Source of the DNA: Bacteroidota bacterium
GTDB lineage: Bacteria > Bacteroidota > Bacteroidia > UKL13-3
Direction: 5' to 3'
DNA: 64,000 nucleotides
Assembly (NCBI GenBank): GCA_027487835.1
Contig: JAIYCU010000013.1
Coordinates: 22,856-86,855, forward strand
Shown here: positions 32,241 through 41,673 of the stretch, piece after piece
How the letters are laid out: every line of letters begins with the position of its first letter
How positions within the stretch are numbered: position 1 is the first letter of the stretch
The notes under the pieces: generated by a model
Database searches by the model: none
The model's input: only the letters and a program-made list of their open reading frames with translations
What the model was told of the DNA's origin: nothing
Made by a program: the position numbers and the translations under genes

Positions 32241-32310
32241 TATTAACAAGCGTTTGGGGCAATAAGTGTCAACCATTCCCCTACTTCCCTAAGCACTAAA
32301 AACGTTAATT
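32241..32310 (+). other. short (70-bp) attC-like site
   Basis: TATTAAC...GTTAATT with imperfect inner arms; its GTT is the first triplet of module copy 6. Confidence 0.65.
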
Positions 32311-32415
32311 TATAGCCACCCCTTTTTTAAAATATACCCACTTATGGGTATTTTATGAGTGACATGGATTGGGTATGTTTGTTTTAATAGCCGATGTGAA
32401 GTTTCGGGTATTGAA
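32304..32415 (+). repeat. palindrome/promoter/attI-like module, copy 6
   Basis: ATACCCACTTATGGGTAT (32334-32351), TATGTTTG at 32374, CCGATGTGAAGTTTCGGGTATTGAA; the terminal GTT is missing. Confidence 0.85.
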
Positions 32416-32466
32416 AAACTGTGAATAAGCTTATAGAATCGTTACTAACAGACAGAAATTATAAAA

Positions 32467-33342
32467 ATGAAATTAGTTAAACCAGAAAAATTAAATCTCT
32501 TAACACACAAAGAACTTAATGAAAGTTGGGTGCAACAAGTTATTGCCGACGATCCAACAATTTTAGGACTTGGCGACCTAATTTTAAAAGATAAAGAAAG
32601 AATACACCCAAAAGCAGGTCGCCTTGATATTTTACTTCAAGATGCAGAAAGTAAAAGAAGATATGAAGTTGAAATCCAACTTGGGAAAGTGGACGAAAGC
32701 CATATAATTAGAACTATTGAATATTGGGATATTGAAAGAAAACGTTATCCTCAATATGACCATTGTGCCGTTATTATTGCTGAAGACATTACAAGCAGGT
32801 TTTTAAATGTAATTGGGTTATTTAATGGATATATACCATTAATAGCAATTCAAATGTCTGCTTATCAATTAAATGATAATGAAGTTTCTTTGATATTCAC
32901 AACTGTTCTTGATGAACTCAATTTAGGACTCGTGGAAGAAGATGAAGAAACAAAAGAAGTCACTGACAGAAATTATTGGGAAACTAATAAAGGAACAAAA
33001 CAAACGGTTGCATTAGCTGACCAACTTTTGGAAATCGTAAAAGAATTTAGTCCAAATTTAGAATTGAAATACAATAAGTATTACATAGGACTTGCGAAAA
33101 ATGGACAACCAAATAACTTTGCAATTTTCAGAGCCAAGAAAAGTAGTTTGTTACTAGAAATTAGACTAAAACAATCACCTGAAATCCAAGACAAACTAGA
33201 TGAAGCAAAACTTGACACAATGGATTATGAAAACAAATGGGGACGTTATAGAATTAGAGTAGATAAAAACGATATTACAAAACATAAAGAACTTTTAAAG
33301 AACTTAATGAAACAATCATATGGAATGGTAACTGACGAATAA
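32467..33342 (+). CDS. NucS/EndoMS-like PD-(D/E)XK nuclease + DUF5655-like domain (cassette 5)
   Basis: GRLDILL...YEVEIQLG..DESHIIRTIEYW; C-terminal LKYNKYYIG. Confidence 0.7.
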   Translation: MKLVKPEKLNLLTHKELNESWVQQVIADDPTILGLGDLILKDKERIHPKAGRLDILLQDAESKRRYEVEIQLGKVDESHIIRTIEYWDIERKRYPQYDHCAVIIAEDITSRFLNVIGLFNGYIPLIAIQMSAYQLNDNEVSLIFTTVLDELNLGLVEEDEETKEVTDRNYWETNKGTKQTVALADQLLEIVKEFSPNLELKYNKYYIGLAKNGQPNNFAIFRAKKSSLLLEIRLKQSPEIQDKLDEAKLDTMDYENKWGRYRIRVDKNDITKHKELLKNLMKQSYGMVTDE

Positions 33343-33354
33343 AAAAAGCAGAAA

Positions 33355-33487
33355 GCACAACAACAGTTACACGAGATTTGGGTTTTAGGTAAACTATAAA
33401 TTTGGTTTTGTACTTAAAAGTTAAGGCATAAATCGAAGAGTTAAGGCATGCTTTTTCCAAACCTTGGGAAGCTGCAAACAGTGATGT
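33355..33487 (+). other. degenerate attC-like site
   Basis: GCACAAC...CCAAACCTTGGGAAGCTGCAAACA-GTGATGT; same GCTGCAAA right arm as the 30095-30226 site, with GTT mutated to GTG. Confidence 0.55.
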
Positions 33488-33521
33488 AATATTTTAGAAA
33501 ACCTGACAGATAACAAGAACT

Positions 33522-35351
33522 ATGGCAATATTAAGTCCGACATTTGAGGCAATAAAAAGGCAAAAGGTACAGCCGACAGAAGGCGAATGGACTTTATTAA
33601 ATTTCTTGTTGGACAACTTGGACGACACTTATCAAATTTGTTATCAACCATATCTTAATGGCGATAATCCCGACTTTGCAATTATGCGAAAAGAAAGCGG
33701 CGTTTTACTCATCGAAGTTAAAGACTGGAATTTAAATCAATATTATGTTGATGAAAAAACAAAATGGAGATTACAAAAGGACAACACGCCAATTAAATCA
33801 CCACTTAATCAAGTTGAGAAATATAAATCAAATTTATTTCATTTACATATAGAAGAACTTTTCAAAAAAAGTGTAAAAAGCAAAAATCATTGGGCAACTG
33901 TAAATTGTGCAGTCTATTTCCACAATGCAACTGAACAAAATTTAACAAGTTTCTTACTTGACGGTTTTGATAAACAAGAAGATGAGTCATATAGAAAATT
34001 TGTTAGTTATTTTGGGTTATTAGGCTATAACTCTCTTACCAAAGACAAACTAAATTCGCTTCTAACAAGATTTTGGCTAAACAAAACATCATATTACTTT
34101 GATGAAACACTTTACAACAGCTTTCAACGGTATTTAAAACCTCCAATTCATCAATTAGAAGAAGGGATAAATATAATTTATTCAAAAGAACAGCAAGAAC
34201 TAATCAGAAGTGAAGTACGACCAAGAAGAAAAATAAAAGGAGTTGCCGGAAGTGGGAAGACTTTGGTATTAGCAAAACGAGCAGTAAATGCTTACAAAAG
34301 AACTGATGATCAAATTTTAGTTTTAACCTATAATCTATCACTTAAAAATTATATTCACGACAGAATTAGTGATGTTAGAGAAGAATTTAATTGGACTAAT
34401 TTTTACATAACAAATTACCATCAATTTTTCAAAACACAAGCAAACAATTACAATTTAGAAATTCAAAATCTTGGTGCCTGGCAGGATACTTCTTTCTTTG
34501 AAAGTGTAAAAAAAAACATAAAAAAATATGATGTAGTTCTAATAGATGAAATTCAAGATTATATGCAATCTTGGATAGACATTATTACAACTTACTTCAC
34601 TCATTCAGAAACAGAGTTTGTCGTTTTTGGAGACGAAAAACAAAATATATACGAAAGAGAACTTGACGAAAACAATGAAATTATTGTTCGACAAATTCCT
34701 GCACGTTGGAACAAATCTTTAAATGTGTCGCATCGTTTTGCGAGTAATATTGGAAACATTGCAATAAAATTTCAAAAAAAAATATTTGGACTTAAATATG
34801 GTGCAGACGAATTAAAGGTAATGTCTCAATTTGATTTTGAAAAACGGATAATCGAATACCACTTTTTCCATGCATTTACAGCAGATCTTTTATTTGAAAA
34901 GGTTTACAATGTTTTGGAACGTAATCAAATTCACTCTTCTGATGCAGGAATCTTATGCTCAAAAGTTGAAATTTTAAGAGCTATTGACTTTTCTATACGA
35001 ACAATAAAACACGAAAACACTTCAACTACATTTGAAAGTCAAGAAGAATATTTAGAATACAAAGACAATAATTCCAATATTGAAGAAATTAGAAGATTAA
35101 GAAAGAATCATTTTTATATGAAAACTGGAACTGTCAAACTTTCAACTATTCATAGTTTTAAAGGTTGGGAAATAGACACTCTATTTTTATTCATTGAAAA
35201 AGAAGAAAACGAAAAGGAATTTGTAAATGCCGAACTAATTTATACTGGACTTACAAGAGCAAGAAAAAATTTAATTATTTTCAATTTAGATAACAGAAAG
35301 TATGACGAATTTTTTAAAGCTGAAATTGAAATAAAATTTGAACACAAATAA
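33522..35351 (+). CDS. NERD nuclease + SF1 (UvrD-like) helicase (cassette 6)
   Basis: PDF...LIEVKDW nuclease motif, Walker A GVAGSGKT, DEIQD, FGDEKQNIY, TIHSFKGWE, YTGLTRA. Confidence 0.9.
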   Translation: MAILSPTFEAIKRQKVQPTEGEWTLLNFLLDNLDDTYQICYQPYLNGDNPDFAIMRKESGVLLIEVKDWNLNQYYVDEKTKWRLQKDNTPIKSPLNQVEKYKSNLFHLHIEELFKKSVKSKNHWATVNCAVYFHNATEQNLTSFLLDGFDKQEDESYRKFVSYFGLLGYNSLTKDKLNSLLTRFWLNKTSYYFDETLYNSFQRYLKPPIHQLEEGINIIYSKEQQELIRSEVRPRRKIKGVAGSGKTLVLAKRAVNAYKRTDDQILVLTYNLSLKNYIHDRISDVREEFNWTNFYITNYHQFFKTQANNYNLEIQNLGAWQDTSFFESVKKNIKKYDVVLIDEIQDYMQSWIDIITTYFTHSETEFVVFGDEKQNIYERELDENNEIIVRQIPARWNKSLNVSHRFASNIGNIAIKFQKKIFGLKYGADELKVMSQFDFEKRIIEYHFFHAFTADLLFEKVYNVLERNQIHSSDAGILCSKVEILRAIDFSIRTIKHENTSTTFESQEEYLEYKDNNSNIEEIRRLRKNHFYMKTGTVKLSTIHSFKGWEIDTLFLFIEKEENEKEFVNAELIYTGLTRARKNLIIFNLDNRKYDEFFKAEIEIKFEHK

Positions 35352-35360
35352 AAAAAACAA

Positions 35361-35515
35361 CACATAAGACGAGTTTTACATAAGAGGCGATTCAGCGCTC
35401 ATAATCAGTTTTGACTTTAATTAAATATTTAGTTTTCAAAAAAAAACATTAGTACTAAAATGAAAGTAAGCGCTACAAAATCCGCTTCTTCACCAAGCGC
35501 CAAAAATCGATAATT
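35361..35515 (+). other. degenerate attC-like site
   Basis: CACATAA(G)...AAGAGGCG / CGCTTCTT...CAAGCGCCAAAAATC-GATAATT; runs directly into module copy 7. Confidence 0.45.
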
Positions 35516-35630
35516 TATAGCTAACCCCTATTTTTAAATATACCCACTTATGGGTATTTTTTGAGTGAGGGGGATTGGGTATGTTTGTTTTAATAACCGA
35601 GGTGAAGTTTTGATTATTGAATGGTTATGC
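35509..35630 (+). repeat. palindrome/promoter/attI-like module, copy 7
   Basis: ATACCCACTTATGGGTAT (35540-35557), TATGTTTG at 35580, ATTGAATG|GTTATGC with GTT at 35624. Confidence 0.85.
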
Positions 35631-35687
35631 TTAATTCATTAGTAATAGTTAAATTTCTAGAAAACAAATATAAAACTTGAAATAATT

Positions 35688-36653
35688 ATGGGAGCTGTTG
35701 TATTTCCAATTCAAAAATTTTACGACCAGACTTCTGAGTTAGTTGGTATAAAGTCAGGACTTCTTTTAAGTGACACAGATATAAACAGCATCTTAAAAGA
35801 GAAATTTGAGGACACCTTTCTTGACAATCAAAGCAAAGATCAAATTATCAGATTAAGATCTGAGGCGATTGAATTAATGATAAAATATATAAGGATTAGG
35901 ATAGGTAATATCCCATCTGCTCCCAAAGTGAACTACTACAAAATATTAGCAAAGTATCTTAAAGACATAGAAGATTTTAAAATTCACGGTTTATATCTTG
36001 GTTATGCCATAAATCAAACCAATTTAGGTCTAGAAATGACGTATGAATCTCTAAAGAAGGAAATTTCCAAAAACAAAAAGTTAAATGATGAATTAATCGA
36101 TGCTCTAACGTTTACTATTATGGAACAAATTGACGATGGAATTACCTTTCCTCCTTCATATAATCTTGACGGTGCAGCTCCTCTACAATCTTTATTTGAA
36201 CTCGAAGTATTCCCTATGTCTGACAATACATTCATTGATCAAAAGTTCATTGACTACTTAGCAGTTAATGGAAATGAAATTGAAGAAATCCATTGGAGAA
36301 ACTTTGAGCGATTTGTCGCTGAATATTTCCAGAGACAAGGACTGACGGTGGTTTTAGGCTCTGGACAAAATGATGGAGGTGTTGATATTCGAGTATTCAA
36401 CGAAAAGAATACAAAAGATCCCCTGATATTAATTCAATGCAAAAGATATAAGTCTGAAAATAAAGTATCAATTGAGACCGTTAAAGCTTTCCACTCGGAT
36501 GTTGTCTATGAAAATGCGAAACTAGGATTAATAGCAACGACAAGTAGAGTTGCGACTGGAGGGAAGAAAGTTGTTAATGCCCGGAACTACAACATTTCCG
36601 TAGCAGAGAAGGAAAATGTCAAAAAGTGGGCCACAACAATGTGGAATAAATGA
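35688..36653 (+). CDS. Mrr-family restriction endonuclease (cassette 7)
   Basis: WRNFERFVAEYF...DGGVDI...IQCKRY...IATTS (Mrr_cat). Confidence 0.9.
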   Translation: MGAVVFPIQKFYDQTSELVGIKSGLLLSDTDINSILKEKFEDTFLDNQSKDQIIRLRSEAIELMIKYIRIRIGNIPSAPKVNYYKILAKYLKDIEDFKIHGLYLGYAINQTNLGLEMTYESLKKEISKNKKLNDELIDALTFTIMEQIDDGITFPPSYNLDGAAPLQSLFELEVFPMSDNTFIDQKFIDYLAVNGNEIEEIHWRNFERFVAEYFQRQGLTVVLGSGQNDGGVDIRVFNEKNTKDPLILIQCKRYKSENKVSIETVKAFHSDVVYENAKLGLIATTSRVATGGKKVVNARNYNISVAEKENVKKWATTMWNK

Positions 36654-37007
36654 GCAAAAAACTAACGGTTTTATGCTCTTGAAGACTTGAATGCTAATTT
36701 GAAATCACACCCACTTTATAGAAAAGTGGAACGACCTCCTAACAGCCAAAGTTTCGCTGTGCCTGCAAGCCAAGCCATGAATTGAAAATCATCGAATACC
36801 TATAAAACAATTAACCTAATGTGATAAACTCTAGTTGAAAGCAGATTGCTTTGGATAGTACTAACATAGACCAACATGATTGTACTAACTATTTTCTCCA
36901 ATTCCTGAATTTCATTTAACTAATTTCTTTAAATTCGAAACGATCTAAAAGACATTTTGCTCCTTGCATTTGAAAGGTTTGAGATAGGACGCAATTTTTA
37001 TTAAATT

Positions 37008-37436
37008 ATGGAAATAGGTGATTATGATTTATATGAAGGTGGGAAAATAACCTTTAAAGCGACTGTAGGTAAAGTTATCTATAGGATAAAAAGGGCTCCT
37101 AAAAATATTATGCAGTCAGGTGATGACTCATTCTTAACCAATTTTTGGGATGAGGTTTGTGTTCAAGTGCAAGATGAATATTGGACTTGCTGGAGCTTAT
37201 ATGAGTATTATATTGAACAAACAATTTTGAGTATTATAGATGCTTTAACTTACAACAAAAGGAGAGCGTTGTCTTATTTTTTGTATTGGGAAAAAGAATT
37301 TGAAGAGCCTCATGAAGATTTAGGATATTACCCAGACTTGTGCCAAGAGATGTTACTAAACGAGATTTTGGAATTGGCATTAAATTATAGAAACTTAAAG
37401 ATTCAAAAATATTTGGATAGTCGTTATTTAGATTAA
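37008..37436 (+). CDS. hypothetical protein
   Basis: 142-aa ORF with an AT-rich leader; no recognisable motif. Confidence 0.55.
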   Translation: MEIGDYDLYEGGKITFKATVGKVIYRIKRAPKNIMQSGDDSFLTNFWDEVCVQVQDEYWTCWSLYEYYIEQTILSIIDALTYNKRRALSYFLYWEKEFEEPHEDLGYYPDLCQEMLLNEILELALNYRNLKIQKYLDSRYLD

Positions 37437-37453
37437 TGCAAGTTTGAAATCTA

Positions 37454-37912
37454 ATGGAATTTGAAAATTTATATAATAAAAGTCTAGTTAAAGAGCTTAA
37501 AAAACTTCTCAATATGATAGACGATACATTTTCACACCTAAAAGAAAATGGTCATGATGTTTCCTTGTTTGAAATGGGAGAAAGGAAAAGTAAACAAAAC
37601 AAGATGGATTGGAGTGATTATGGCTTCTATCTTTACAGTAGGGATGAGAAAACAATTATTTTTATTGGAATGTGGCTAAGCTATTGGGCGCAAACTGGTA
37701 ACCCACTTACCTTATTCTTATACTCCTATGTTGACAATAAAGATAGGAAACTAAAGCATGAAAGGTTAAACTCATACATTACCAAACGTAAGGAAATTTT
37801 CAATGACCTTGATGAATTTCAAGAATATCTAAATATTAGCATTAATAAGCCCTTATTCAATAATTTTAATGATTATATTAGTCTTATTCAAAGGGTTTAT
37901 GGTTTTACCTAG
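37454..37912 (+). CDS. hypothetical protein
   Basis: 152-aa ORF, co-directional, 17 bp after the previous gene. Confidence 0.55.
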   Translation: MEFENLYNKSLVKELKKLLNMIDDTFSHLKENGHDVSLFEMGERKSKQNKMDWSDYGFYLYSRDEKTIIFIGMWLSYWAQTGNPLTLFLYSYVDNKDRKLKHERLNSYITKRKEIFNDLDEFQEYLNISINKPLFNNFNDYISLIQRVYGFT

Positions 37913-37967
37913 GCAATTAGCATGAAAGTATAATGTTAATCAAAAAATTTAACTTTAAATTACCCTA

Positions 37968-38978
37968 ATGGCGACAAACAAACATGCAACCATCCGTTAC
38001 CTTGCTTTAGATAGATGCTTTAGCAATTTCGGCAAAAGGTTTTTTATTGAAAATTTGATAGAGGCATGTAACCAAGCCATATACGACTATTCTGGCATCA
38101 ATGACGGAATCAAGCGTAGACAAATTTTTGATGATATCGCCTATATGGAGAGTAGCAGTGGTTGGGAAATTCCATTAGAAAGACATAAAGATGGAAGAAG
38201 GGTATATTATAGATATTCTGATAAATCATTTTCCATCAAAAGCCAAGGAATTAATCAAGCTGAGGCGGAACAATTAAAAGAGACCTTGAATATTTTGACT
38301 CGATTCAAAGGAATGCCTCAATTTGAATGGATAGAAGAAATGCGAGTAAGGCTTGAAGAAACATTTAAGTTAAAAGGGAATGCCCAATCGACAGTTGGGT
38401 TTGAACAGAACCCTTATCTAAAAGGATTAAGCCACTTCACTGGGTTGTTTAACGCGATTCAAAATGAAGTAGCTCTTCAAATACGTTATCAGGGATTTAA
38501 GCAAAGTAAGCCTTCACATGTTATTTTACATCCTTGGTATTTAAAACAATATAATAATCGATGGTTTCTATTCGGACTAAATGATGAATTTAAAACTATC
38601 ACAAACTTTGCACTTGACAGAATTATTGAGTTTGAGGATTCAAAAGTGAAGTTTTATAAAAATGAGGAGCTAAACTTCGATGAATATTTTGAGGATGTAG
38701 TGGGTGTAACTGTTAAGAAAGATGCTCCAATAGAAACGCTTTTGATAAAAGTAAATAAAGAAATTTGGCCATATATTGAGAGTAAACCATTACATGGTTC
38801 TCAAAAAGTAAAAAATAAAACAGAAGCAGAAGTTATTATTGAACTCAGTATGCAGGTTAATCATGAACTGCTAGCATTGTTGTTTTCCTATATGGATCAA
38901 CTTGAATTAGTGGAGCCCGACTCGGTTAGACAATCGATTAAACATGTTTCTAATTCCATATATAAAAAGTATTTTTAA
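37968..38978 (+). CDS. WYL-domain transcriptional regulator (wHTH-WYL-WCX)
   Basis: N-terminal RY..LDRC...RRQIFDDI..M wHTH; HPWYLKQYNNRWFLFG, ALDRI, KPLHGSQ, VEPDSVR. Confidence 0.92.
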   Translation: MATNKHATIRYLALDRCFSNFGKRFFIENLIEACNQAIYDYSGINDGIKRRQIFDDIAYMESSSGWEIPLERHKDGRRVYYRYSDKSFSIKSQGINQAEAEQLKETLNILTRFKGMPQFEWIEEMRVRLEETFKLKGNAQSTVGFEQNPYLKGLSHFTGLFNAIQNEVALQIRYQGFKQSKPSHVILHPWYLKQYNNRWFLFGLNDEFKTITNFALDRIIEFEDSKVKFYKNEELNFDEYFEDVVGVTVKKDAPIETLLIKVNKEIWPYIESKPLHGSQKVKNKTEAEVIIELSMQVNHELLALLFSYMDQLELVEPDSVRQSIKHVSNSIYKKYF

Positions 38979-38980
38979 CT

Positions 38981-39016
38981 ATGCACTTGCACTGCACAAT
39001 AAGATATAACCTTTGT
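38981..39016 (+). promoter_or_regulatory. candidate WYL operator plus near-consensus -7 element
   Basis: TGCA-N7-TGCA (ATGCACTTGCACTGCACA) followed by ATAACCTTTG, in the 58-bp gap before the MTase-HK gene. Confidence 0.4.
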
Positions 39017-39036
39017 TGAACATTAAATGAGATGCT

Positions 39037-41673
39037 ATGAGAGAGGTTAATTATCACAATCAGATAGATTTTTTAGTATTTAATATTTACAGCTATTTAG
39101 ATGTTTTTAGAAGTTCTGAAGAGATTAGTTCTACTGAAGATCTCTTATCTGTAGGTATGTTATTATTATCACTGCAAAAAGATGGGTTACTAAAACAAGA
39201 TGACCTTAAAGACAGAGAAACTTTTGACGCCTTTTGCCAAAAAATAATGGATAATAGTAAGTTGGATAGTATTCCACTTACTTACCCAAAAATTTTCTCC
39301 GTTTTAGAGGATAAAATTTCGAAACTTGAAAATAGCCTCCTGCAGCAGATTTCATTTAAGCTGTTTGGGTTAAATGCAATTGATAAAGAAATCTTAACGA
39401 AAAATTTTGCCATTGTCTTTGATAAAATATTATATCAATACTTAAAAGCATATAAAAGGCCATTTGGAGAATTTATTCAACCCATTGAATTAACCAGATT
39501 GATGCTTGCTTTGCCAAATCTGAAAAAGGATGCAACCATATTTAATCCCTTTGCCGGATTGGCTTCTTTTGGCATTTCTTTGGATTCACAGCAGGTATAT
39601 TTTGGACAGGAGATTCATCCAAAAACTTGGGTTATTGGCGCCCTAAGATTATTGGCTTATGGAAAAAAGGACAGTGTAAATTATGTTTGTGATGATTCAT
39701 TGGTGAATTGGCCAAAGGAGGCTGAAAAGTTCGACTTCATTGTATCTAATCCTCCTTTTAGAATGAGGGTTGGAAATCTATCAGGAATACCTAACTCCCA
39801 GTTTAAAACCGTTGAGCAGTTTATTATATCAAAAGGCCTGCAATCACTAAATCAATCCGGAAAACTGGTAACGCTACTGCCAACAAGCTTCTTGAATAGC
39901 CAAATGTATCAAGAGCATAATTTGCGAAAATCTTTAGTAGATCAGGATTTAATTGATACTATTATTTCATTACCCGGAGGTATTCTTCCTCATACAGGAA
40001 TTCCAATTATTGTGCTTTTCCTCAATAAAAAGAAAGAAAGGCCCGGCTTGGTACGCTTTATTAAAGCCGATTCCTTTGTTGAATCTGATGGTTCGAAAAG
40101 AAAAGTTTTAAATGACCGAAAGTTATCTGCCCTGATCCTTCAACATGAAAAGGAGATTTTTGTTGATTCAGACCCTACCATTGTTTCTGAGCCAGCTGCT
40201 GAATATCATTCTTCTTATAAAAAACTAAAGAATGAGGATATTGAACGAACTGTAAAATTAAAGGAATTAAAGGAATCAAATTACGATATTCATGTTCCTA
40301 AGTATTTCCAGAAACCAATTGATTTTTTGGAAAATGAAAAGCTGGTAAAGCTTGGTGATATTCTCAAGTTAATTGAAGTTCAAAAGGATAGCATAGATAC
40401 AAGAGGTAAATTTGTTCGGATACGAGATTTAAAGAACGATAAAGTTGATTACATACTTGAATCTTCCAGACTTGAGGAATCAGAACTTAAAAGACCAGTC
40501 GCATTTCAGGTAACCGAATCTTGTTTGTTGCTAACTCTTCGCTGGCAAACATTAAAACCTACATTTTTTAATTTCAAAGGTGAAAAAATCTATAGAAATC
40601 AAGATGTTGTATCTTTCAAGGTAGATGAATCTCGAGTTGAAATCGCTTATTTAATCAATGCACTGCATGCTGATTATGTAATTGAACAACTTAATTCTAT
40701 TCGTATAAGTGGATCTGTAATTCCATTTATACGAAAGGATGATTTGATGAAGGTTCTTATAAAATTACCTTCCATGAATGAACAAAGGGCAAAAATTGCC
40801 GGAATTAATGAAGTATACACTGATATAAGATTAAGTGAAAGCAAGGTAAAGGAAGAGAACCAGATAGTTTTTAATGACGTTACTGAACAAAATAACTTCT
40901 TACGTCATTCCATTGCAGGTAACCTGGCCAATCTGAGAGGTTCTTTTAAAAAAGTGAAACAAATTTTTGAAAGTCAGATAAAACTAACTCATCCTGAAAT
41001 ACTTGATATGAAAGAGAACAATAGATCTCAACTGACACTCGCAAATTTATTGCACTCAATGGAGCGAGATATTGAAAAAGTCTCTTTAGACACGCAAAGA
41101 AACACCTTAGGTGGTTCATATATACAAAGCGCTATTATGGAATCCATTGAAATTATTCCATTCATTTCAGAATTGGTAAATGAAATCATTAGCAACCCAA
41201 ATCGTAATTTTGAAATTACCTTTACGCCTGCCAAAAATGACTTTGTAGATGCAGAAGGCAATGAGGTTAGAGTATACATTAATGGTAACAAAAATCTAAT
41301 AAAGGATATGTTTAATAATATTATCGAGAATGCCATTGAACATGCTTTTGAATCTGACTTTAGAGAAAATAACTTAATTAGTATAGATTGCTTTGGAAAC
41401 AATATTTATGAACCAAGGTTTAGTATCAGTATTTCTAATAATGGTAAAAGACTTCCTGAAGATTTTACACAAGAAATGTTCGTTCGAAAAGGTAGTAAAG
41501 CTGGACCTAAAGCTGGTAATGGCTACGGTGGTTGGTTAATTAATCAGATTATTCATAAACATAATGGCACCCTTGAGATTGATGATGAACAAGGTCCACA
41601 AGGAATCGGAGGAATTTGGTCAACCAGTTTTGAAATCAATTTGCCAGTATTAAACTATGAAAAGTATGAATGA
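39037..41673 (+). CDS. fusion: N6-adenine DNA methyltransferase (HsdM-like) + HsdS/TRD-like domain + histidine kinase
   Basis: GEFIQP, motif I FNPFAG, motif IV NPPF, IISLP; TRD-like YLINAL...IPFIRKDDL..V.IKLPSMNEQ; H-box LRHS, N-box FNNIIENAIEHAF, ISNNG, GNGYGG. Confidence 0.85.
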   Translation: MREVNYHNQIDFLVFNIYSYLDVFRSSEEISSTEDLLSVGMLLLSLQKDGLLKQDDLKDRETFDAFCQKIMDNSKLDSIPLTYPKIFSVLEDKISKLENSLLQQISFKLFGLNAIDKEILTKNFAIVFDKILYQYLKAYKRPFGEFIQPIELTRLMLALPNLKKDATIFNPFAGLASFGISLDSQQVYFGQEIHPKTWVIGALRLLAYGKKDSVNYVCDDSLVNWPKEAEKFDFIVSNPPFRMRVGNLSGIPNSQFKTVEQFIISKGLQSLNQSGKLVTLLPTSFLNSQMYQEHNLRKSLVDQDLIDTIISLPGGILPHTGIPIIVLFLNKKKERPGLVRFIKADSFVESDGSKRKVLNDRKLSALILQHEKEIFVDSDPTIVSEPAAEYHSSYKKLKNEDIERTVKLKELKESNYDIHVPKYFQKPIDFLENEKLVKLGDILKLIEVQKDSIDTRGKFVRIRDLKNDKVDYILESSRLEESELKRPVAFQVTESCLLLTLRWQTLKPTFFNFKGEKIYRNQDVVSFKVDESRVEIAYLINALHADYVIEQLNSIRISGSVIPFIRKDDLMKVLIKLPSMNEQRAKIAGINEVYTDIRLSESKVKEENQIVFNDVTEQNNFLRHSIAGNLANLRGSFKKVKQIFESQIKLTHPEILDMKENNRSQLTLANLLHSMERDIEKVSLDTQRNTLGGSYIQSAIMESIEIIPFISELVNEIISNPNRNFEITFTPAKNDFVDAEGNEVRVYINGNKNLIKDMFNNIIENAIEHAFESDFRENNLISIDCFGNNIYEPRFSISISNNGKRLPEDFTQEMFVRKGSKAGPKAGNGYGGWLINQIIHKHNGTLEIDDEQGPQGIGGIWSTSFEINLPVLNYEKYE

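Noticed and set aside
36700-36800. CACACCCACTTTATAG as a further module copy or IS remnant
   Set aside because: Only half the palindrome matches, the downstream conserved block is missing, and no transposase frame is recognisable.
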